Part shown: positions 30,301 through 38,500 of the stretch, piece after piece
Position numbering within the stretch: the stretch's first letter is position 1
Layout: every line of letters begins with the position of its first letter
IMG/VR virus record: IMGVR_UViG_3300022895_000010
Length of the DNA stretch: 64,000 bases
From: a virus
Strand: one strand, 5' to 3'
Notes under the pieces: model-generated
Database searches by the model: none
The model's input: the letters and a program-made list of their open reading frames with translations, nothing else
What the model was told of the DNA's origin: nothing
Position numbers and translations under genes: made by a program

Positions 30301-30511
30301 ATGTAGTAATATAGCTACTAAGAATACCAGAAGATATCAGATAATAGAGTATATTAATCAAAACCTATTTGATCAAAGAAGTCCTATTATTGATTGTAAC
30401 GATGACAAAGTACTTGATTTCGCTACTGAAATTAATAATGAACTTGTAGAGATGCCGTATATTGATAATGATCTGGTAATTAACTGTAATAAGTCTGAGA
30501 ATAAGAAATAG
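27329..30511 (+). CDS. large virion structural protein (N-terminal propeller-like, C-terminal V.V.G-type beta repeats)
   Basis: IVYVNGL, VIVDGLYL, VFVENKRI repeats typical of jumbo-phage tail/baseplate proteins. Confidence 0.6.
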   Translation: MLNLYYYKYMSLIKKNRLDLYENINVFKKQNKKISLNGNFLFATINKGFVAHLLTKDDYSKRKEILISDGDVFNINVTDDKIFLLLANKIKIYNYTVTNVVDINITFNRDIFFSPAIDYSTQFKYKNGLLYFENYYRSYVIDTNNSTVKVTEEMFFLTSVEPYRNGFIRSFEKANSFMLYTDIDGKSPRTIFSRIFDDSINVVNTVKVIDETDIIVSFYDGEIRRITLDDSLDIVVNEVLVTLPTHPDTIDYNKTYIIFSYPEGIYLLNRKTKELEFIRVSGYVEDMICNDLLVFYSIKDDVVASNKLLNTPIVNFNYQEVEDGQKGEILLNSHVELNHRFKIKDDSKYNIKISFRGREVATGNVGVGFYDNIFLGIDGGVLSSQGRYMSNIEPVHSLVSDYYGYSLSTHDKDTLDIDKSKLIPRLYIKDVYTYGTGIFFRLRYYSKLNYTIVLEYDDVKTLVCRYGTNPFEELDNPPKIVAQYHDTSLHEDYLWVAIPNVYHTTNYSAIKVTEYNVYDKIDEYNYPVFIEYIDDKQTVYETSDGDIRRFEPVLLNNPNNVMTPETVEKTLRERLNPTFEFKKQVKDAPLTTEDRISVFDNGEKYGYRDFSKEIPYEHKESAMESIVYVNGLRMFKKNYLQNDSLDGLLSTYIADTKLKLTDTIIVEGNMNKIIDSEKFIGSYLITEADERSNISVIGANIFSKEPLEKNISSDDLRVYIRYSTGFFYKRLNPRYYRITVNKAMNLVNVILYGDMLNGVGTEIIVVKDGVKDETLYFDINSSGDMRDILPLIFVNNMGNILTNHIENEEDIEVIVDGLYLYPKIDFTLINDPKKPDMPSIILFRNTLPQQCKLEINFLKTKINKSIYFKQTGSNNEIELNNDKNVFINDSLTVFVENKRISKDNYDIINHDLLVLKGVESKNNILVRFNYEDTTHLELLRDKYKHQPIKYIADNNTSIKSKGQDKFLKDYLTSKGIALITNKPNIFNFDSLCSNIATKNTRRYQIIEYINQNLFDQRSPIIDCNDDKVLDFATEINNELVEMPYIDNDLVINCNKSENKK

Positions 30512-30528
30512 AGGGAGGAAGTTTTAAT

Positions 30529-31848
30529 ATGAGTGAAGAAAAAATCGATTTTCAGGAGAGAGCAAGAGAGATAGAAACCCAGTTAAAGACTCTTCTTAAT
30601 AAGGTCAATAATATGTACTCCATAGAAGAGATTGAACAGAAATTAGCTACTAAGCTAGATTCACACCATGACCATGACACTCGTTATCACATTAAGGATG
30701 AAATTACTACTCTATTAGGGGAAAAGTCAAATACTGACCATACTCATGAGGGATACGTTTCTGAAGCTACCTTTAAGATGGCAATGAGAGATAAAGCACC
30801 TCTAGACCATACTCATGTAGAATTAGAGGAATTGAAAGATATTAAGAAAGACTTAGCTAATAAAGCAGATGGTAATCATAGTCATGATGGTTACTTAACT
30901 GCTGATGGTGTTAAGGATATCATTAATGAAAGTCTTCAGGCTATTCAGGAAGCTAATAGACTCTTCTTAATTGAATTATCTAGTAAGAAGAATGAATCTA
31001 ATCAAGTTGAGATTACTGATGAGATTAAGAAACTATTAGAAGAGAAAGCTAATAAAGACCACCATCATAATAATGATTATCATACTAAAGATGAGATCCA
31101 AGGGATGTTCGAGAGAATTACTTTCCCAGAACATGAGCACAATAATGATTACTATGATAAAGAGTATATTAATAAAAAGTTCCAAGATATTAGTGCTAAA
31201 TTAGAGAAGGTAATTAAAGCTCCTATTAAAGCTTTCTCTAATGTTCCTTCTACTGCTAATAGTGATGATTTTATCAAATTACAAAGTGATTTTGAAGACT
31301 TTGCTATTAAGTTAGAAGAAATTGGTAGAGAGACTCTTTCATTAGAGAATATTACTAATCTATTAGAATCTAGAGCACCTTTAGAACACGATCATAATGA
31401 TGATTATTATACTCAATCTCATATAGATGAGGAGTTCAAAAAGATATCTGAAAATACTTATACTAGGGAAGAAGTAGATGTATTATTAGATGAACAGAAG
31501 AAGTTCTATGATTCTTTATTAGGTGTTACAATGGTTAATGGTTCAGGTAAGATAGATGCATTAACTAAAGATATCTTTATTATTCCTAATGATTCTGAAA
31601 CTATTGTAGTATCTTTACCTCCTTTAGATGATTATGAAGGATTATCTAGAGTAGTCAATATCAAGTTCTTATATAATGAAGATGAAAATACTTCTAATAA
31701 CTGCTATATTACTACAATTGGTAATGATACGTTTACTAATGGTGAAACTGAGATATTATTAACTGCTTCTAATAGAGAAGTTGAATTAGTATCATTTAAT
31801 CATCCAGAATTAGACTTATTCAAAAAAGGTTATATCATTAGTAAATAA
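30529..31848 (+). CDS. tail fibre-like protein with HxH/Y(Y/H)TK.E repeats
   Basis: Repeated HDHDTRYH, HTH, HNNDYY, YYTQ motifs. Confidence 0.65.
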   Translation: MSEEKIDFQERAREIETQLKTLLNKVNNMYSIEEIEQKLATKLDSHHDHDTRYHIKDEITTLLGEKSNTDHTHEGYVSEATFKMAMRDKAPLDHTHVELEELKDIKKDLANKADGNHSHDGYLTADGVKDIINESLQAIQEANRLFLIELSSKKNESNQVEITDEIKKLLEEKANKDHHHNNDYHTKDEIQGMFERITFPEHEHNNDYYDKEYINKKFQDISAKLEKVIKAPIKAFSNVPSTANSDDFIKLQSDFEDFAIKLEEIGRETLSLENITNLLESRAPLEHDHNDDYYTQSHIDEEFKKISENTYTREEVDVLLDEQKKFYDSLLGVTMVNGSGKIDALTKDIFIIPNDSETIVVSLPPLDDYEGLSRVVNIKFLYNEDENTSNNCYITTIGNDTFTNGETEILLTASNREVELVSFNHPELDLFKKGYIISK

Positions 31849-31862
31849 CCAAATAACTTAAA

Positions 31863-31898
31863 GAAACTATGGACTATTTATTTTTAGTTCATAGTTTC
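31863..31898 (+). terminator. hairpin terminator
   Basis: GAAACTATGGACT / AGTTCATAGTTTC. Confidence 0.55.
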
Positions 31899-31905
31899 CT
31901 TATTT

Positions 31906-31917
31906 AACATTCTATTA
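31906..31917 (+). promoter_or_regulatory. late-type promoter AACA-N6-TA
   Basis: AACATTCTATTA. Confidence 0.6.
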
Positions 31918-31952
31918 TAAAATACATATATAAATAGGAAGGAAGGTAAGAA

Positions 31953-33227
31953 ATGAGTAACGAGAAAGAACTAAGAGCTGGTGCTTCCTTTAAACCGATA
32001 ATCCCTAGTGAAATTAAAAATGAGTTATCAGACTATGATAAGATAATCATTGACATGATCGATGATACTTTTGAAGATTTAGAATATGCTCAAGAACTTA
32101 AGAAAGAGATTATTGAGAAGCTAAGAGATAAAAGAAAGAAAAAATATTCTCCATTTGAAGCAGGTAAGGATATTATTATCATTCATGTTGGTGGTAGCCT
32201 TAATTTAGGAGATATTACTGAAGAAGACTTAAAGAATCTATTATCTAAGATGCATGATAGAAACTTTGACGTTCAGATAACAAATCTTGGACCAACTGAA
32301 GCACATAACCAAAGTACTGGTAATATTATTAACTTTAAGAGTAGAGGTGTAACACAATCATCTATATTAGAAGATGGTACATTTACTGGTAAAGTATTAG
32401 CTAAGAATATTATCGGTTTAGCTGAGATTGATTTAAGCGATTATTATACTAAAGAGCAAATAGATGAAATGATGAAGGAAAAAGTTAGTTTCTCAGACAT
32501 TATTAGAGATGCTAAGATTAAAGAAGAACTTCTTCCTGACTTCATTAATGATCGTTTAACTGCTTTAGAAGAGAAATTAAACTATACACCTCCTGCATTA
32601 ACAATGCAATTAGTAGGTTATGGAAGCGGTACAATTATTAAGAAGAAGGGTACGGAAATTAATGCTCCTTCTATTAAGATTGGTTATGTACCTGGCTATA
32701 TTGAGAAATGTGCTTTAGAATTTAAAGAGATTTCAATTGATAATGGTAATACTATTCAGACATTAAACTTTAATGTTACTAAGAATGATTTAGTGAAGGA
32801 AAAGAATATTCCTATATCTTCATTTAAGAATAGTAGACAATTCTCAGCTAAGATTAGTGATGGTAAACAGAATGTTACTAGAGATATCTATGTTAAATTT
32901 GTATATCCGATGTTTACACATTCAGTTCCTTCTATGAATACTGTAATTGATGAAGCATTTATTAAATCTGGTAGAGAAGATATTAGAGAGAAAGGCAATG
33001 TAACAAGTTCATTCAATCTAGATAATAGTAGAATATTCTTTACATTCCCAGCTACTTATGGATATTTAACATCTATTACAGACCAAAATGGTTTCGAAAT
33101 CCTACCTGCATTCAAGATTACTAATATTAACATGAAAATGGATGATGGAGCAGTTATTCCTTATAATATTTATACTGCTACAACACCTGCTTCAGCAAAA
33201 GACTTTAAAGTAACATTCAAATTCTAA
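31953..33227 (+). CDS. virion structural / tail fibre-associated protein
   Basis: DLSDYYTKEQID motif; C-terminal FTFPATYGYLTSITDQNGFEI domain. Confidence 0.6.
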   Translation: MSNEKELRAGASFKPIIPSEIKNELSDYDKIIIDMIDDTFEDLEYAQELKKEIIEKLRDKRKKKYSPFEAGKDIIIIHVGGSLNLGDITEEDLKNLLSKMHDRNFDVQITNLGPTEAHNQSTGNIINFKSRGVTQSSILEDGTFTGKVLAKNIIGLAEIDLSDYYTKEQIDEMMKEKVSFSDIIRDAKIKEELLPDFINDRLTALEEKLNYTPPALTMQLVGYGSGTIIKKKGTEINAPSIKIGYVPGYIEKCALEFKEISIDNGNTIQTLNFNVTKNDLVKEKNIPISSFKNSRQFSAKISDGKQNVTRDIYVKFVYPMFTHSVPSMNTVIDEAFIKSGREDIREKGNVTSSFNLDNSRIFFTFPATYGYLTSITDQNGFEILPAFKITNINMKMDDGAVIPYNIYTATTPASAKDFKVTFKF

Positions 33228-33241
33228 GGAGAGTGAGATAA

Positions 33242-35545
33242 ATGAAAAGCGGTATTAATATAGTATCTACCTTTAACCTGATAGCTCAATTACCTTTAGA
33301 TGCTAGAACAGTTGTAGATGAATTAAAAGAATTACCTATTAATGCATGTTATGAAAGTATGATTGTTTATCAGAATAAAGATAAAACGCTATATATGTTT
33401 GATGGTAAAGAATTTAGACCTTTAAGTAACTTTATTAGAGGTATTATGGTAGTAGATAAATTAGAAGATGTTAGAGATACTGATAAATTCGAAGGAATGA
33501 TTGTATATCAAATATCTGATAAAAAATACTACACATATAATGGAGAAGAATTCAAAGATTTATTTGATAGATTAGTATCTAAAGAAATGATGGGTAAACC
33601 AGAAGGTGTTGCTTCATTAAATGAATTAGGATGGATTCCGTGGGAACAATTACCTCCTGAATTAGCAGTAGATGGTGGTGGAACAGGCGGTTCTGGTGAT
33701 TTAAAGGATTATTATACTAAAGGTGATGTTAATACTCTTTTAGATATGAAATCAGATATTGCTCATGATCATGACAAGCAGTATATTAAGAACGAAAAAG
33801 GTGTAATTGAATTTAAACACTTCTCAGAATTACTAAATAAAATCAATACTCCATTTATTAATGGTGTTATCGGTATTAGTAGTAATTTCGTAGTAGATAG
33901 TAAGGAAATGAAGTTACAAGTTCCTAACATCAGAGCTATTTTCTCTACAACTAACTTAGAGAGAACTGAACCTATTGTAGTAGATATTGAAGAAAATACA
34001 ATTGATATTCCTAGACCTAATAGTGAAGGTATTAGTACCTATAACCTTTACTTAAATGTAGATGGAACTTTATCATTCGATCCATATAATCCTAGTCCAA
34101 ATGTAACTAGTTATATTTATTTAGGTAAAATTTCAGTAGCTAAAGAAATTGGTATGGGAAATGAAACACCTTTAGTGGACTTTGTATTCAGTCCTCAATT
34201 AGCTTCTTCTCCTATGGATTTACGTAATAGAAGTTTATTAGAGAAGAAATTATATCCAGTTAATGCTAAACCTTTTACTGATGAAATCTATACATTAGTA
34301 ACTAGTGGTTATTATGTATATCGTGAAGGTATTAACTTCATTAAAGATAAAATTAATCCACATATTACTTATAGAGATCCAAAAACTAAGATTGACTTTG
34401 CATATGTAGGTAGAAAGACTAAAAATCAAAGTCCAATCTTTACTAATACTATTATTACTGATCTTTATGATGCTGTTGAAGATGAAAACAATCTTACAAA
34501 AGTACCTGATGGTTGGTTAACTATTCAAGTATTATTTGTAACTGATTCTGGTAAATACTTCATTAGAATGCCTGAAGATAAGATATTCCAAACATCTAAC
34601 GAAGCTAAAGAGTATCTAAAATTCTATAATCCTGAATTATTTGGTTTAGAGAACTTTACTAATCCAGTTTCTGCGTTCCTAGTGCGTTCTAATGGTACTA
34701 AAGATGATTGGTTTGAAGAAGTACCTATTCCACAACCTATCTTAGATAGATTCAGTATTAAAGCTTCTACTGGAGCAGATGGTTCTGGTTCTGCTGTTAT
34801 TAATCCTAATGATTATTATACCAAGGTTGAAATGACAGATATCTTGCTTAAATATTACACTAGAGAAGAACTAGATGAAATTTTAAGAGGTATTGGTGGA
34901 GGAAGTAATGGTGACTCCTATACTAAAGATGAAGTAAATAAAATTTTAAAATATAAATCGAACATCGGACATAAACATGAAATTAGTGATGTAGTGGGCT
35001 TAGATGAGACACTTAAAGAATTATCTCCACTAGGTCATAAACACAAAGTAGATGATGTAGAGGGTTTAAAAGAATCCTTAACAAATCTAGAAAATAATAA
35101 AGCTAATTCAGTTCATAAGCATAATATTGATGATGTAGTAGACTTAAGAGATACTTTAAGCAATAAAGCTGATAAAGGTCATACTCATGAAGGCTTATTA
35201 GTTGATAAAGTTATCGAACACAAACACATCTCAGATGAATTAAATAGTATTCAATCTGCATATAATACTGGTTTTACTAGTATAGATGGTCAAATTAGAG
35301 TAGATCCATTTACAATGAGTGTAAACTTACCTAAAATGGAAGCAGTATTCTCTGTAAGTAATGCGTTAAGAAAGGATTATATCCGAGCTACTTACGAAGC
35401 TGTTAATATCGCTTTACCTAAGGAAAGAGGAGTTTATTATTTATATGCTCTTTCAAATGGTAATGTTGAATTCTCTACTATTGTACCTTCTGTATTCAAT
35501 GATAAAATACTTGTTGGTTCATTTGTAATTAGTGTAGATATGTAA
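33242..35545 (+). CDS. tail fibre protein
   Basis: PLDARTVV, GVASLN..G.IP..QLP, YYTK and HKH.I.DV.GL repeats. Confidence 0.7.
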   Translation: MKSGINIVSTFNLIAQLPLDARTVVDELKELPINACYESMIVYQNKDKTLYMFDGKEFRPLSNFIRGIMVVDKLEDVRDTDKFEGMIVYQISDKKYYTYNGEEFKDLFDRLVSKEMMGKPEGVASLNELGWIPWEQLPPELAVDGGGTGGSGDLKDYYTKGDVNTLLDMKSDIAHDHDKQYIKNEKGVIEFKHFSELLNKINTPFINGVIGISSNFVVDSKEMKLQVPNIRAIFSTTNLERTEPIVVDIEENTIDIPRPNSEGISTYNLYLNVDGTLSFDPYNPSPNVTSYIYLGKISVAKEIGMGNETPLVDFVFSPQLASSPMDLRNRSLLEKKLYPVNAKPFTDEIYTLVTSGYYVYREGINFIKDKINPHITYRDPKTKIDFAYVGRKTKNQSPIFTNTIITDLYDAVEDENNLTKVPDGWLTIQVLFVTDSGKYFIRMPEDKIFQTSNEAKEYLKFYNPELFGLENFTNPVSAFLVRSNGTKDDWFEEVPIPQPILDRFSIKASTGADGSGSAVINPNDYYTKVEMTDILLKYYTREELDEILRGIGGGSNGDSYTKDEVNKILKYKSNIGHKHEISDVVGLDETLKELSPLGHKHKVDDVEGLKESLTNLENNKANSVHKHNIDDVVDLRDTLSNKADKGHTHEGLLVDKVIEHKHISDELNSIQSAYNTGFTSIDGQIRVDPFTMSVNLPKMEAVFSVSNALRKDYIRATYEAVNIALPKERGVYYLYALSNGNVEFSTIVPSVFNDKILVGSFVISVDM

Positions 35546-35568
35546 ATATGAAAGGAGAGTAATATGAT

Positions 35569-38500
35569 ATGAGATTGCTTCCATTATCTAAGGAATATGT
35601 AAATGGGAGAGATGTATTCTATAAGAATATATCTCTCTATAAACCTGTAACTGTTAAAGAACCTTTAGAAACTGCTTCTTTTGAAGACAACTTTTATTAC
35701 TCTCATCAATTCTTAACTGATGGGGTTATTAAAACTGAAGGTATTGCTAAACGTAATGGTGTTTTAAGTAAGATTGAAGGTAAACAAGGTGATCCAATTA
35801 TTCATTCTTATGATTTTAACGTTGTTATTGATTTAGAATCAGTTCATACTATTGATGATATCTTCTTAAACTTGGCAAACTTTGAAGTAGTTCCTATTGA
35901 GGATGACTTTATTACTGAATTAAAAGGACATAATAAATCTGCTGAAGTCTATATATCTGAGAATGGTATTGATTACAAGTTATATGGTGATTGTAATTTT
36001 GAAGCCGGATTAGGTGTAGATGACTTCCTATATGACAAATTCTTAGTTAGAACTGAGAAAGATGAGAAATTAGTAGGTGAAGTTAAAGCTAGATATATTA
36101 AAGTTCAAAACTTTGAATTAAATAGTACTTTAACTCGTGCTTCTTTATCAGAAATTGCTGTATATGGTACTGATTCAATTGGTGATAGCTTAATCTATCC
36201 TAATATGGACTTTAAACGTGTTGATTTAGAGAAAGACTTAAATATCAATTATAAAGGTGGTAAATTCGCTGAAATTGAAGATTATTACAACAATTTCAAA
36301 GATACTACTCATAATGATGTACCTGTTAATGGTTGGTCTTGGAATCTAAATAGATATGTACAAGGAAAACCATATTCATTTAAGTTTACTTTCAAAGGTA
36401 CTAAGTTCAGATTAATAGGCGGTAATAGCGTAAAAGCTAATACTAAAGTTAGAGTAGTTATTGATGGAAAATTAGTAGATACTTTTAATCCTTCTGAATC
36501 ACATAATACTTCTTTATATAAAGATGCAAAAGTAGCTTATATGTCAGATATTCGTCCATTTACTTTATTATATGGTAAAGAATTAGAAAAAGGTGAACAT
36601 GAAGTAGAAGTGTTATTAGAATACTTAGGAACTGAACCTGCAGAGGGTGATGATTCTTCATTCTTCTTCCTACAAGCTATTGATGTTGATTTAAATGCAG
36701 AAATTATTCCTAATAAAGTATTTGTTGGAGACGAATTACAACGTCCTCAAGTTAATTGGAATGGTTTCACTAAAGATGATACTTCTATTAAATATGTAGG
36801 TCAATGGAAAACTACTTCTATATTAAGTACTGAAGTAAAGACATCTAAAGGATTAGCTAATACACTTGATTTCAGATTTACAGGTACTTCTATTAGAATT
36901 ATTGGTGCTAGAAATGCTAGCGGTTCTTCTGATATTGATGTATTTATTGATGGTAAACCATATAAAATGAGTTGCTATTCTGAAACTGAGGATATTAATA
37001 CTCTATTATTAGATGTAAAAGTACCTGAACTTCCTACTAATGATCCAATTACATTACCTATTCATACCCTTAAGATTGTGAATAATAATGACAATTCTTT
37101 ATACTTCTTAGGCGTTCATACTGAAGGTGTAGATTCTTCTATTTATTTAGATACTAACCTTCAGGTAGGAGATGTTTCATTAAGACCTGATTATGGTTAT
37201 AAACGTTTCTATTCTGATAATAAGAAAGTTTCTTATATTGGTAATTGGACTGAAGTACCTTCTAATATAGATCCAAATCATTCTAATATGGTATTAGGTG
37301 ATGGTGAAACTCTAGGTACTATTAAGTTTAAATTCTATGGTACTAAATTACGTATAATTGCTAATAGATTAACTAATGGTGCTGATAATGTTAAGATTAG
37401 TATTGATAATAGCTTAACTGAAGAATTTACAACTATGCATAATGTTTCTCAACAACGTGTAATTGTTTATGAAAATACTGCTTTATCTAAGGCTGTACAT
37501 ATCGTTGCAATTGAAGTTACTAAGACTCCATTTATTATTGAAGCTATTGATGTTGATAGTGTTGATTTAATTGAAGGAGACCATAACTTATTTGATTACG
37601 TTATTACACCGCAATTAGCATCAACTGATCATAACTTACGTGTTAAATCTACTTTAGATTACACTATACCTGCTTCTAAACCAAGTACAGGTAATGAGTT
37701 ATTTAAACTTAATATTACACCAAGTTCTCTATATAGAGAAGGTATTAACTTTGAGACTAGTAAGGATTTCCCTCATGTTAAACGTTTTACTGGTGGTAAA
37801 CATGTTTACTTCCGTATCGTTCATAGTGGAACTGCTAATAAAACTCAAGGTTATACAGAAACTATTATCCATAATAAACTTGATAATCTTTCAGGTGCTT
37901 TAGTAGATATTCCTAAGGATAAGTATTCAATTCAGATTGTTACTATGTCTTTATCTGGTGAGATTTATATTGTTATGGGTCAGGAGAAGGTATTTGATAG
38001 TTTACAAGAAGCACAAGATGCTGTAGCTAACTATGAACCATATTTATTTGGTTTAGAATACTTTACTTTACCAATTGGTACTCTAATTGTAAGAAGTAGT
38101 GGTTCTGCTCTTAACTGGTTAAACGTTATGGAAGTACCACCTAAGATTCTAGCTAAATATAATATCAGAGCAGGTTCAAGTTCTGGTAGTGGTGGAGCAG
38201 CGATTGATGAAACTCTTGATGATTACTATAATAAACAAGAAATGCAAGGTTTATTATCTGGTAAAGCTGATTTAGTTCACAATCATAATAACTTATACTA
38301 TACTAAATCTGAAGTACAATCAATGATTGAAAATGTTTCTATTGACTTCTTAAGTGCTGAACAAGTTGTAGAAACTAATACTAGAAAGTTCTTAAATGCT
38401 ACACAAATTGATGCTCTTTCTGGTATTAAGGATAATGTCCAAACAAAGATTAATGAATTTACTCAAAAGTTCAGTGAATCTATGTTCTATAAAGGTAAGT

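Noticed and set aside
30529-35220. His-rich repeats as metal-resistance or storage protein
   Set aside because: HxH/YYTK repeats are common phage tail-fibre shaft motifs and the genes lie in the structural block
35522-37590. Self-splicing intron or intein explaining the split tail-fibre domain
   Set aside because: The intervening DNA is a continuous ORF in frame with the downstream half, encodes CBM-like repeats, and shows no homing endonuclease, intein or group I motifs
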